This document shows, one piece after another, positions 9,859-19,185 of a stretch of DNA of 64,000 nt. The notes beneath the pieces are model-generated. The model saw only the letters and a program-made list of their open reading frames with translations, was not told the origin of the DNA and ran no database searches. The DNA is taken from assembly GCA_015057625.1 (NCBI GenBank), contig SVDZ01000011.1:30644-94643 (forward strand). The letters are read 5' to 3'. Both the position numbers and the translations under genes were made by a program. The stretch's first letter is position 1, and each line of letters starts with the position of its first letter. This DNA is from Lachnospiraceae bacterium (GTDB lineage: Bacteria > Bacillota > Clostridia > Lachnospirales > Lachnospiraceae).

Positions 9859-10131
9859 ATGGGCTATATAAACGGAAACAAAATATTGCCTGAGGAATTA
9901 ATCAATCGTATTCAGGATTATATTGAAGGCGAATGTATCTATATACCAAAGAGTAAGAAACATTGTAAAGCATGGGGAGAGGTAAGCAATGCCAGGTTTG
10001 AACTGGATTGTCGAAACCGTGATATCTATGAGAGATATATTTCTGGAACGACCGTAAAGAAATTATCTGAAATATACTGTCTTTCTACTCAGGGTATTTA
10101 CAAGATTATTTCCTCGCAAAAACAAAGGTAG
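9859..10131 (+). CDS. Small HTH protein (CD3324/Mor-like family)
   Basis: YIPKSKKHCKAWGE...RNRDIYERYISGTTVKKLSEIYCLSTQGIYKII, with RBS AGGAGG 8 nt upstream of the ATG at 9859. Confidence 0.6.
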   Translation: MGYINGNKILPEELINRIQDYIEGECIYIPKSKKHCKAWGEVSNARFELDCRNRDIYERYISGTTVKKLSEIYCLSTQGIYKIISSQKQR

Positions 10132-10207
10132 AAATCTATTATTGTCTTAGGGTTCAAACAGCTAAATGTTTGGACCCTGAGCGATAAATGATTTCTACTT
10201 TTTATTT
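10128..10207 (+). terminator. Compound terminator (outer stem GTAGAAATC/GATTTCTAC with inner hairpin) plus T-run
   Basis: Outer stem 10128-10136 pairs with 10190-10198. Inner hairpin is AGGGTTCAAAC/GTTTGGACCCT. TTTTT follows. Confidence 0.6.
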
Positions 10208-10307
10208 TATAATCAATAGTTGCTAGAATTATCTATAGGTACTTGATAAAGTTAGATATGTAAATGCGTTTAACTATAATTACAAAAATGGGAGGTTATA
10301 AAATAAA

Positions 10308-11018
10308 ATGAGATGTGATAGTTATAAAGATTTATTTAGTAAAGAATATTTAATGGGACCAAACAGCATGCGACTGCTTGATGAACTGATTGAAAAATAT
10401 CCAATCGACACAAATCTTAAAATAATGGATTTGGGATGTGGCAAAGGAATTACCAGTTTCTTTCTTTCCAAAGAATTTAACGCCAATGTATATGCCACGG
10501 ACTTGTGGTGCTCTGCAACAGACAATTATGAGCAGTTCAAGCAATGGGGAATTGATAACAATGTCGTTCCTATTCATGCAGATGCACATAATTTACCTTA
10601 TGCAAACAATTATTTTGATTTGATAACAACCATAGATTCATTTCATTATTTTTCAACGGAACCGGGATTTTTTGAATCGAAAATACTGCCCCTTGTAAAA
10701 TCTGGTGGGTATGTATATATTGCAATGCCCGGTCTTAAGGAAGAAATTCACGGTAACAAAGACAATCTGGTTCTTGAATGGCTTGGTGGTGAAGAAAGTG
10801 AATATGAATTATTCCACAGTATCGATTGGTGGAAAAACCACCTGAATAGTTCCGATTTATACGAGATTGTTGATGCCTTCGAACTGACAACGGGTGAAAA
10901 AGCATGGCAGGACTGGTTTGATTCTGAACATGAATATTCCGTTAGTGATAAAGAATACTTTGCAAAAGGACTCAATAAGTATCTCAATGTTATTGGGTTC
11001 ATTATAAAGAAATTCTAG
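10308..11018 (+). CDS. Class I SAM-dependent methyltransferase
   Basis: Motif I IMDLGCGKGITS. Confidence 0.85.
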   Translation: MRCDSYKDLFSKEYLMGPNSMRLLDELIEKYPIDTNLKIMDLGCGKGITSFFLSKEFNANVYATDLWCSATDNYEQFKQWGIDNNVVPIHADAHNLPYANNYFDLITTIDSFHYFSTEPGFFESKILPLVKSGGYVYIAMPGLKEEIHGNKDNLVLEWLGGEESEYELFHSIDWWKNHLNSSDLYEIVDAFELTTGEKAWQDWFDSEHEYSVSDKEYFAKGLNKYLNVIGFIIKKF

Positions 11019-11030
11019 TTATGATATCAT

Positions 11031-11546
11031 TCACTTCATCTTTTGCTGAATCATTTGAAGTACACGAAGCTCTCTTTTAATCATGATTTCGTCAAAAAAG
11101 TTATCACTCTGATATTCATCGTTTGCCTGAATCGCCACCTTAAGATCAACGACTCTTAAGACAAACTCCGCTTCTTTCTCATATTCATCCAATTCCTGAC
11201 TTGCAAGCTGATTCTCCACATCGCAAAAATAGTAATAGTTTTCCTGCTCGAAAATGGTATTCTCACTTTCATCACTCTTTTGTCTTCGAAGCACACTTCC
11301 AAATTCTCGAATGCTTTCCGGAATCACTAACATCCCCACTTCTTCTCTGACTTCACGAATCAGAGCTTCCACCTTATCTTCATCATTATGAATTCCTCCA
11401 CCGGGAAATTTATAGTATTTTTCTTTCTTACTATAAACAAGAGCAATTTTGTCCCCTTGAAGGATAATCGCTCTGGCTGACGGTCTACGAAAAATCTCAT
11501 CCGTTTTCTTATAATCTTTTAAGTCAATTTCAAATAGTCGTTCCAT
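11031..11546 (-). CDS. NUDIX hydrolase
   Basis: Nudix box GGGIHNDEDKVEALIREVREEVG. Confidence 0.85.
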   Translation of the reverse strand: MERLFEIDLKDYKKTDEIFRRPSARAIILQGDKIALVYSKKEKYYKFPGGGIHNDEDKVEALIREVREEVGMLVIPESIREFGSVLRRQKSDESENTIFEQENYYYFCDVENQLASQELDEYEKEAEFVLRVVDLKVAIQANDEYQSDNFFDEIMIKRELRVLQMIQQKMK

Positions 11547-11563
11547 ATTCTATAATCCCTTTT

Positions 11564-12457
11564 CTAAAACAAATCCAGCGAACCGGATAAATAAATTTCT
11601 TCCCGTACTTTTAACTGATGCTCCGGTTTCGTCATATAATAAAGCAGAAATTCCAGAATCATTGCGCTGCCTAGGCTTCGCCCCTCAATTTTAAAATTCC
11701 GAAAACCTGCCGGAGCATACACCTTCTGAATGTCATCAATTCCTATAAATCCCGGATTGTTCATTGCATCAGAAAACCGATAGCCTCTCTGTGCAGTCGG
11801 TGACACACACACATGGTCGTCACAGTCCATGTCCAGATTCTTCCTACTGACATTTTCATAGCAATCCTTTCGGGCATAGCAGTCAAACCAACAACACTCA
11901 TTGCAGAGAAATTCTACCTTTTCCTTTTGCACTTCTGTTAGTCTGTCAAGTTGTTCCCGTTCCTTGTTGAGTCGAAAATCCGGAACCACATATCGAAATT
12001 CATCCCGGTTCAATTCCCTTTCAAACTCTCGAAAATCTGTCAGCACCTTCGTCGTAGAGGAAACAAAGTAAAACTCCGGATAATTCTTTTGAAGATACTC
12101 CAACAGTAAATCCGAATGGATGATAATTCCGTTGTTTCCACCATTTTCAAACAGTTCGCAAAGTCGATTACAAAACCGGTCGCAAAGATGCTTCTCTTCC
12201 AAAAGAGAATTACTGAAGGTCAGTCGTGCTGATATGTCATATGTATTTATTAATTCCAATACCTTCTCCGGTGATTCTTCTCCAAAGCCTACGCGTCCGC
12301 CACCCCACAAGCATTCCTGTGGAGCTCCATAGATTGATCCGATTTCACACCACTCGTAAAAATATTCCCTGTGTTCCCGAAACAGAGACAGGAACATCCG
12401 ATATAACTCATAGAATTCAAACAATCCCGGAAGATGGTAATAAATCTTCTTCTCCAT
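11564..12457 (-). CDS. Conserved hypothetical protein with a Cys-rich segment
   Basis: Start placed at MEKKIYYHLPGLFEF (12457). Cys cluster FLCNECCWFDCYARKDC...CDDHVC. No family assigned. Confidence 0.55.
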   Translation of the reverse strand: MEKKIYYHLPGLFEFYELYRMFLSLFREHREYFYEWCEIGSIYGAPQECLWGGGRVGFGEESPEKVLELINTYDISARLTFSNSLLEEKHLCDRFCNRLCELFENGGNNGIIIHSDLLLEYLQKNYPEFYFVSSTTKVLTDFREFERELNRDEFRYVVPDFRLNKEREQLDRLTEVQKEKVEFLCNECCWFDCYARKDCYENVSRKNLDMDCDDHVCVSPTAQRGYRFSDAMNNPGFIGIDDIQKVYAPAGFRNFKIEGRSLGSAMILEFLLYYMTKPEHQLKVREEIYLSGSLDLF

Positions 12458-12613
12458 GATTTCTTCATCTCCATACCTAATATAAACTTTATTTAGTATA
12501 TCATATCGAGCAATGATTTGCGAAGAACAGACTCCCTTTTCTTGAGCCACGATTTCATTTTTGATATAATAAATACAATATTATGTTCTGAAAATTTCAT
12601 AGGAGGTATGATT

Positions 12614-13504
12614 ATGAAGAAAAAACTTTATTGCATTTCTACCCTATTACTTAGTTGCTCTTTTCTTCTATCCTTCTCTGGATGCTCCAAGGGAAAAAAA
12701 GCAACAGAGATGAAACGGGAGAAGCAGGAAATTATAGAGGAAATGGTTGTGGATTATGGAACCTACGGTAAAGACGCCGATGAGAAGGTGGACGCATTGT
12801 TGAAAGAACTTCGGACCACAGATTCAGATTGTGGGAAACGCTGGGACAGTATTATGAAGCTATGGGGCACCACAAATAGCGATTTGTCTCTAAATTATGA
12901 TGTTCTTCCGGACAATCTTTCTGACACGGATTCTCTCTGTCTGGTAGCTTTGGGCTTCCAGTTAAATCCTGACGGTTCCATGAAAGATGAACTGATTGAA
13001 CGGTTAAAAGTTTTAAAGAACAGTGCCGAAAAATATCCTAATGCACTGATTGTTTGTACCGGCGGTGGCACTGCAGAAGATGATAAAACCGCAACAGAAG
13101 CCGGAAAGATGGCGGAATGGCTGATTCAACAAGGCATTGATGAAAAAAGGATTATTATAGAGGATAAATCCGTCACCACAGCCCAAAATGCTATCTATAC
13201 CTTTGATATTCTTGAAAAACAATATCCGCAGGTAAAAGAGTTGGCAATTATTTCAAGCGATTACCACATTGCAACCGGAACCCTTCTATTCGAGGCAGAA
13301 TCACTTCTTAGAGCCGCTAGCATGGATGCCACGAGAACAGAAGTTGTATCCAATGCAGCTTGGAAAGCACCATCCGGAACTCTTTCAACAATGTTCCAAG
13401 CCGGTGCCTTAATCGAACTCTCCGGAGATGTAGATACAGCATTTGAAATCTATTACGACACTTATGACATTCACAAACTTCCGGATATTCATGAAGGAAA
13501 ATAA
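12614..13504 (+). CDS. YdcF/DUF218-family lipoprotein
   Basis: Lipobox LSFSGC after MKKKLYCISTLLLSC, and DUF218 core LIVCTGGG...AEWLIQQGIDEKRIIIEDKSVTTAQNA. RBS AGGAGG lies upstream of the ATG at 12614. Confidence 0.8.
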   Translation: MKKKLYCISTLLLSCSFLLSFSGCSKGKKATEMKREKQEIIEEMVVDYGTYGKDADEKVDALLKELRTTDSDCGKRWDSIMKLWGTTNSDLSLNYDVLPDNLSDTDSLCLVALGFQLNPDGSMKDELIERLKVLKNSAEKYPNALIVCTGGGTAEDDKTATEAGKMAEWLIQQGIDEKRIIIEDKSVTTAQNAIYTFDILEKQYPQVKELAIISSDYHIATGTLLFEAESLLRAASMDATRTEVVSNAAWKAPSGTLSTMFQAGALIELSGDVDTAFEIYYDTYDIHKLPDIHEGK

Positions 13505-13552
13505 AGAATATTTTGGTTTAAGATAGCTATGCAAGCACGCCTCAGCGTTCTT

Positions 13553-14371
13553 CTACTCACCAACTGTACACAGTTTTCCTCTTAACACATATCCTATTTT
13601 TTCATAACATGCATTGGATGCAACATAATCTGCATTTGTATATAACATAGGCACATAACCTTCATCTTGGGCTTTTTTTGTTATATTATACACAAGATTT
13701 TCTGCATAATGTTTTCTTCTGGCATCTTCACGTGTATATACTAATTCTATAGAAGCCAACTCTCCATTGCCATTAGGTCGGTATGTACAACTGGCAACAT
13801 GCTCACCTTTACCATCTTCCCAAAAGAATATATTATTGTTATTAACTGAATATTCTGCATTGGCACGATTCTGCTCATAACTTTGATGGCCGATACCTGT
13901 TTCCCTTTGGAATAAATCATATATTTCCGTTATTTCCTCTATATCATCCACAGTGCACTGATGCACCTTTCCCTCAACATTTCCCTCCGGTTCAAGCAAA
14001 TTTAGACAGTCATATGCAAACATATTAATCTTTATAGTAAGCTTTTTTTCCTCTTCATCTGCTCTTTTAATAAAATACTCCGCCAGCTCATATTTAATAT
14101 TGAAAGTATAACCTTTATCAAATGGAAATATATCATTTGTCAACTGATATACCTCCTCCATCTCCGCCTCTGTGGCATTATCCGGAGTCCAAATCCAAAC
14201 CGGAAAAGGGTTATTTGAATGACAAATAATCATCCTCTCATGATCAGTTAGAAGGATTCTGCAATCACCACCCATAATTCTTCCTAATACAAAAAATGTG
14301 TATTTATCATCTTCAAGTAATCTATAGTCCCTTTCGTCCACATAATTATCCATACTTCTTGCATCTTTCAT
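13553..14371 (-). CDS. GNAT family acetyltransferase
   Basis: C-terminal RRKHYAENLVYNITKKAQDEGYVPMLYT...NACYEKIGY acetyl-CoA-binding pattern. Confidence 0.7.
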   Translation of the reverse strand: MKDARSMDNYVDERDYRLLEDDKYTFFVLGRIMGGDCRILLTDHERMIICHSNNPFPVWIWTPDNATEAEMEEVYQLTNDIFPFDKGYTFNIKYELAEYFIKRADEEEKKLTIKINMFAYDCLNLLEPEGNVEGKVHQCTVDDIEEITEIYDLFQRETGIGHQSYEQNRANAEYSVNNNNIFFWEDGKGEHVASCTYRPNGNGELASIELVYTREDARRKHYAENLVYNITKKAQDEGYVPMLYTNADYVASNACYEKIGYVLRGKLCTVGE

Positions 14372-14420
14372 CTATTCTACACTTTCCTTCTTTTTGGTGC
14401 ATTTTTTGCCATGTCTGTTT

Positions 14421-15074
14421 TCACGCTGACACAATATCCATCAATTCAATTATATCTTCCACAACATAATCAGCTCCTGCTTTCTCCAAATCCTCTTTTG
14501 ATGAGTTACCATAAGTTACGCCACAAGTGCAGACGCCGGCACTCCTTCCCATCTCAATATCCACCGGCATATCCCCAACAACCAGTGACTCTTCAGAAGA
14601 AAACGAAAGTTCTTTCAGTGTTTTCAAAACCTGTTGGGGATTTGGCTTCAATAGGGTTGAATTATCATTACCCAGAATATATTTGAAATACTCCTTAAAT
14701 TTCCATTGTGTCAAAAATTCATTAACTGATTCTGTGTCTCTTGATGTAGCAATGGTACATTGAATACCTCTTTTCGTAAGTTCTTCCAACACCGTATCTA
14801 CATTTGTAAAAAATGTTGGAGATATGGTCTTCTTCATTTCTTCAAATAACTGTCTGTAAATTGTCTCACACTCCACTAGCGTCTCTTCCGATAATTCCGG
14901 ATATAATTTGTGAAAACCCACTTTCGAAGAAAAGCCTATGGTGGACGCAAATTCCTCATCACTTGCCACTGCGTATCCCATTCTCCGCATGGTTTCTTTT
15001 TTTGCTGTTAAGATTACTTTCCTTGTGTCTGCAATCGTTCCGTCAAAATCAAAAATAACTAAATTATATTTCAT
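14421..15074 (-). CDS. HAD-family hydrolase (phosphoglycolate phosphatase-like)
   Basis: Motif I VIFDFDGT, motif II ATSR, motif IV VGDMPVD. Start placed at MKYNLVIF. Confidence 0.85.
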   Translation of the reverse strand: MKYNLVIFDFDGTIADTRKVILTAKKETMRRMGYAVASDEEFASTIGFSSKVGFHKLYPELSEETLVECETIYRQLFEEMKKTISPTFFTNVDTVLEELTKRGIQCTIATSRDTESVNEFLTQWKFKEYFKYILGNDNSTLLKPNPQQVLKTLKELSFSSEESLVVGDMPVDIEMGRSAGVCTCGVTYGNSSKEDLEKAGADYVVEDIIELMDIVSA

Positions 15075-15091
15075 ATCTTTCCTCATTACCA

Positions 15092-16189
15092 TTACTCGTT
15101 AAACACAATTAACGGAATCAGCATTTCCTCTTCCGTTATACTACCATGCATTGACACCCATCTCTCATCATTGAAATAGATTGTCAAATCGCTCGTGGCA
15201 ATAGCTAGATAGTCCCCTAACATTCCTCTAAACTGTTCATGAAGTTTTCCTGTTCCGAACAGATTTTTTTCTATTACTTCTTCCACGGGCATCAGTAAAA
15301 ACTTCTCCCCAAATATTCTGTTGAACTCCTCTTTAAAGAATTCTTTTTTTTCCTCTTTTACAAAGAAATTGAGAACTCGTGGTTCAAGTGATGGCTTTCT
15401 TATAAGGCAATCACAAAGCTGTGGATAATCCTGTAGCACAACCATGTCATTGTCAATGTGCCCATGATCTGCTGTAACAACTATAAGTGTGTCACTTAGT
15501 TCTTCTGCCATTTCTTTAATCATCTCTTCCATCTCAAGCATACATTTGTGCACTTCATCAGATTTCAATCCATGTCTGTGAAGCGCCCCATCCGGATTAT
15601 TCCAGTATGCATAGATATATTTCTGATCATGTTCTTTGCACCACTCTTTAATCTGTGTACATATTTCTTCTAGACTCTGCGGATGTGGCTCTAGGAATGG
15701 TGCCGTCATATATGCTTTGCCTCCAAATCGATTAATCCTATCCACAATATTTTCATAAGGTGTCACTGTCCATGGTACATTGAAATCTGCTGCAGGTTCG
15801 TCCGTATCCTGCACCACGTTCATAAACACTGTGACATTCTTATCAACTATTGGATAATAGCAGTCCCACCCAAGCCAACTATGCTCACATGGCTGAAGCC
15901 CCGACATAACGGATGTTGTGGCTGCAACAGTTGTAGAAAGAAATACTGAACTATATATTCCTGCCAGATGACTTCTAAACGGTCCATTTTCTTTTAAATG
16001 ATTTTCAAGAACAACTTTTCCCATACCATCCAACAATATAACAACTATGTTTTTGTAATCCTTCTCCAAATATTTATCCAAAAGTGGCAATGTTGCTCCC
16101 ACTGGATCCGCATTAAACTTCTTTAAAATTGAATTTGGCAAATTCGCTATACAATTGTTGTAATCAGGCCATACTACTTTCTTTTCCAT
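15092..16189 (-). CDS. Alkaline phosphatase superfamily / type I phosphodiesterase-nucleotide pyrophosphatase
   Basis: VVILLDGMG and VTADHGH metal-site motifs. Start placed at MEKKVVWPDY with RBS GGGAGG. Confidence 0.8.
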   Translation of the reverse strand: MEKKVVWPDYNNCIANLPNSILKKFNADPVGATLPLLDKYLEKDYKNIVVILLDGMGKVVLENHLKENGPFRSHLAGIYSSVFLSTTVAATTSVMSGLQPCEHSWLGWDCYYPIVDKNVTVFMNVVQDTDEPAADFNVPWTVTPYENIVDRINRFGGKAYMTAPFLEPHPQSLEEICTQIKEWCKEHDQKYIYAYWNNPDGALHRHGLKSDEVHKCMLEMEEMIKEMAEELSDTLIVVTADHGHIDNDMVVLQDYPQLCDCLIRKPSLEPRVLNFFVKEEKKEFFKEEFNRIFGEKFLLMPVEEVIEKNLFGTGKLHEQFRGMLGDYLAIATSDLTIYFNDERWVSMHGSITEEEMLIPLIVFNE

Positions 16190-16201
16190 AAAAACCTCCC
16201 T

Positions 16202-16237
16202 AAAAAAGAAAACGCCTATCTGTGTAGATAAGCGTTT
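16202..16237 (-). terminator. Rho-independent terminator of the small ORF
   Basis: Minus strand reads ACGCTTATCT-ACAC-AGATAGGCGT followed by TTTCTTTTTT. Confidence 0.6.
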
Positions 16238-16281
16238 GTCAAAAATAAAATATAATATAAAATACAAGTTTACTCTTATCT

Positions 16282-16380
16282 TCACTTCAAATATCTATAT
16301 ACACCATCAAGACCATACACTCTTATAATGTGCATGATCGAAATAATGACATATAAATAAATGAATGAAAATGTATTCAT
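16282..16380 (-). CDS. Stand-alone 32-aa hydrophobic peptide (MNTFSFIYLYVIISIMHIIRVYGLDGVYRYLK); type I toxin-like or small membrane protein
   Basis: RBS AAGGAGAG lies 6 nt before the ATG. It has its own consensus promoter and its own terminator. It is absent from the ORF track because it is under 60 aa. Confidence 0.5.
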   Translation of the reverse strand: MNTFSFIYLYVIISIMHIIRVYGLDGVYRYLK

Positions 16381-16412
16381 AGTAAACTCTCCTTTCGTTA
16401 AAAATTAGAGTC

Positions 16413-16441
16413 ATTGTATCTCTATTGTTAATTATTGTCAA
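16413..16441 (-). promoter_or_regulatory. Sigma-A-type promoter for the small ORF
   Basis: Minus strand reads TTGACA - 17 nt - TACAAT, about 30 nt upstream of the small-ORF RBS. Confidence 0.55.
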
Positions 16442-16465
16442 TAACAAAATTATTTTTCAAAACAA

Positions 16466-17266
16466 TCAGTCAGAAAACACCTCAAAACTATCCCTTCTGG
16501 CACGGGCTATCAGTACAATTTTATTTTCATTTGCGTACTGTACTGCTCTGTCAGTTGGTACAGCTTTTGCCACCAGCACAGGAATACCTGCCTCGCTTAC
16601 TTTTGTAATCATATCAAGGGGAACTCTTCCTGATGTATATATAATGCAGGACTCAGGATTGATACGATTAATAAGAATATAGCCTATCGCTTTGTCTATT
16701 GCATTATGTCTGCTTATGTCTTCACATTCAAAAACAATCTCCCCATCTTTTAATAAAAAGCAACTGTGAGCAGACTTTGTCTTGTTATGTATCTCACTTC
16801 CTTTGGAAAATTCCTCTATAAGTTTCCAGATATCTCCTATTCTATATTCTTTGAATTCTGTTCGTCTGCTATAATTTTCGTTCTTTTCATTTATTTTGGC
16901 ACTCCGGTCAATCTCAATGTCCTCTACCATTACTGTCACTTCATCATTCTGAACAATACTTAAATCAACAATATCATCCAAACCTCTTATAACTTTTTTG
17001 GAGAATAATCTTCCAACCACCAATTCTTTTATATTTGTTTTTGTACAGACAATGTTATACTTTTCTATTTGTTCAATTTGTTCTTTTTTTTCTGTATCTT
17101 CAATTACTGCTTTTCTATCTTTTTTTCTTATAACCTTCACAGCAATCTCTTTCTCTACAAGTATTTGCTGTTTTGCGCTAATCTCACTGCCATCAGCCTT
17201 ATACATTTTTGTATTTACTGTAATAATATTTTCCATATGTTCTCTCCGATATTTCTCTCTATCCAT
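16466..17266 (-). CDS. fdhD: Formate dehydrogenase accessory sulfurtransferase FdhD
   Basis: SAHSCFL, ISRHNAIDKAIGY, SGRVPLDMITKVSEAGIPVLVAKAVPT. Confidence 0.85.
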   Translation of the reverse strand: MDREKYRREHMENIITVNTKMYKADGSEISAKQQILVEKEIAVKVIRKKDRKAVIEDTEKKEQIEQIEKYNIVCTKTNIKELVVGRLFSKKVIRGLDDIVDLSIVQNDEVTVMVEDIEIDRSAKINEKNENYSRRTEFKEYRIGDIWKLIEEFSKGSEIHNKTKSAHSCFLLKDGEIVFECEDISRHNAIDKAIGYILINRINPESCIIYTSGRVPLDMITKVSEAGIPVLVAKAVPTDRAVQYANENKIVLIARARRDSFEVFSD

Positions 17267-18170
17267 CCGCTTCGCCTCTTAAAATATCTATACCGTGGGA
17301 AAGAGTTGGGACAACAAACTCAAGGCACTCTCTCACTGCTTTTGGACTTCCCGGAAGGTTAATAATAATGGTTCTTTTTCTGATAACTGACTCAGCGCGG
17401 CTAAGCATTGCCTTTGGAGTAATATTGAAACTATAATTTCTAATTGCCTGACTTATGCCCGGAACATTTCTATCTCCTGCTTTTAGCGTAGCTTCAGGAA
17501 CCCTGTCTCTTACAGAAAATCCCGTACCACCTGTAGTAAAAATCACATCCGGCATGTCATTGTCGCTTATTTCAACCAACCTTTTGTAAATCATATTTTC
17601 ATCATCGCTTAGCAGGTCATATGATATAACTTTGTATCCGTATCCTTCTAATAATTCTTTTACAAGAGGACCGCTTTTGTCCTCTCTTACTCCCTCAAAA
17701 CTTCTGTCGCTTGCCGTGATAACTGCTGCAGTATATGCCCTCTTTTCTATACTCATCTCATCCCCCACAGAAATTTTTCCGCCGCTGATAACCTTTGCAA
17801 AAACTCCTTCTCTTGGCATAATGCAATCTCCGGTCATCTGCCTGATATTGCATCCCTCATGACATATTTTTCCAACCTGTGTAATCTCAAGAACCACGTC
17901 ATTGCATACAAATCTTGTCCCTATAGCGCACTTTTTAAAATCAAAACCGCTTACTAAAAGGTTCTCTCCAAAAACTCCCGGTTCAATATCAAGTCCGGTC
18001 TTTTTTGCAAATGCAGTTTCTATTTCGTAGGACAAAAGACTTACCTGTCTTTCACTTCCACCGTGGGCATCATTTTTAAGCCCATACTCCGCTATTAAAT
18101 TACATTCTCCTATATTTTTCTTTGCTGTTCCTTTTTTTTCACTTATGCAAACTGCCTTTACTATCCCCAT
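17259..18170 (-). CDS. MOSC domain fused to a MogA/MoaB-type molybdopterin-binding domain
   Basis: N-terminal MGIVKAVCIS...GLKNDAHGG...RQVSLL (MOSC). C-terminal AAVITASDR...VIFTTGGTGFSVRDRVPEAT (MoaB/MogA). RBS GGAGGA precedes the ATG at 18170. Confidence 0.8.
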   Translation of the reverse strand: MGIVKAVCISEKKGTAKKNIGECNLIAEYGLKNDAHGGSERQVSLLSYEIETAFAKKTGLDIEPGVFGENLLVSGFDFKKCAIGTRFVCNDVVLEITQVGKICHEGCNIRQMTGDCIMPREGVFAKVISGGKISVGDEMSIEKRAYTAAVITASDRSFEGVREDKSGPLVKELLEGYGYKVISYDLLSDDENMIYKRLVEISDNDMPDVIFTTGGTGFSVRDRVPEATLKAGDRNVPGISQAIRNYSFNITPKAMLSRAESVIRKRTIIINLPGSPKAVRECLEFVVPTLSHGIDILRGEADG

Positions 18171-18171
18171 A

Positions 18172-19176
18172 TTATCCTCCAATTTGAAACATATCCGTGT
18201 ATTCTGCTTCCCTCATCATCTGATGTTCCTTAGGTTTGAGACTAATACTCTCTCTAATAATCTCTGTTATCTCACTGTCCGTGCTATTGTTTCTGAGTTT
18301 CTCTCTGATATCCACACCAATATCATGGTGCAGGCACATTTTCAACGTGCCGGTTGAAGTAAGTCTGATTCTGTTACATGAAGCACAGAAAACATTGCTT
18401 ATCGGACTTATAAATCCTATACGCCCTTTAAATCCCTCGGGTCTGTAATATATGGCAGGTCCATTTTGTTTTTCTCGTTGTTCCTCTTTCTGCGCTTCAT
18501 CTCTACATAGCTCTCTCTTAACTTCTTCCTTCAGTTCTCCGAAGACAGATTCCAAATTCTTTTTGATTTCTCCATTTTCTATACCGCAATAATTTTTTCC
18601 ACAACTGGTCGGCATCAATTCAATAAACCTGACATCAATATTTTTATCCTTTGCCATTCCTGCAATATCTGAGATTTCTTTTTCATTCCACTCTTTTATA
18701 GGAACACAATTTATCTTTGGTTTTAGATTATATTTAATCGCCAGCTCAATTCCCTCTAAGACATCCTCAAGCTTGTCTTCTCCTGTCAGTTCATTGAACA
18801 CATCTCTGCTTAATGTATCAAGACTGATATTTATATCATCCAGTCCTGCCTTTACCAGTTCATCAATACTGTACTTTAGCATTGTACCGTTTGTGGTAAT
18901 TGACACCCTCTCGATTCCTTCGGTGTTTTTGATATCTCTTATCAACTTGCAGATATTTTTCCTAATCAGCGGTTCTCCTCCTGTAAGCCTGATTCTCTTT
19001 ATCCCAAGTTTTGCCAGAATTGACACTATCCTACTTATTTCCTCAAGAGACAGGATATCATTGTGGCTTACATGCTCCACACCTTCCTGTGGCATACAAT
19101 ATTTACACCTCAGGTTACATCGGTCTGTCAACGATATTCTCAAATAATCTATGTTTCTGTTATAACTATCTTTCAT
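18172..19176 (-). CDS. moaA: GTP 3',8-cyclase MoaA (radical SAM)
   Basis: LRISLTDRCNLRCKYCMP and the C-terminal cluster CASCNRIRLTSTG. Confidence 0.9.
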   Translation of the reverse strand: MKDSYNRNIDYLRISLTDRCNLRCKYCMPQEGVEHVSHNDILSLEEISRIVSILAKLGIKRIRLTGGEPLIRKNICKLIRDIKNTEGIERVSITTNGTMLKYSIDELVKAGLDDINISLDTLSRDVFNELTGEDKLEDVLEGIELAIKYNLKPKINCVPIKEWNEKEISDIAGMAKDKNIDVRFIELMPTSCGKNYCGIENGEIKKNLESVFGELKEEVKRELCRDEAQKEEQREKQNGPAIYYRPEGFKGRIGFISPISNVFCASCNRIRLTSTGTLKMCLHHDIGVDIREKLRNNSTDSEITEIIRESISLKPKEHQMMREAEYTDMFQIGG

Positions 19177-19185
19177 GTCTTTCCT

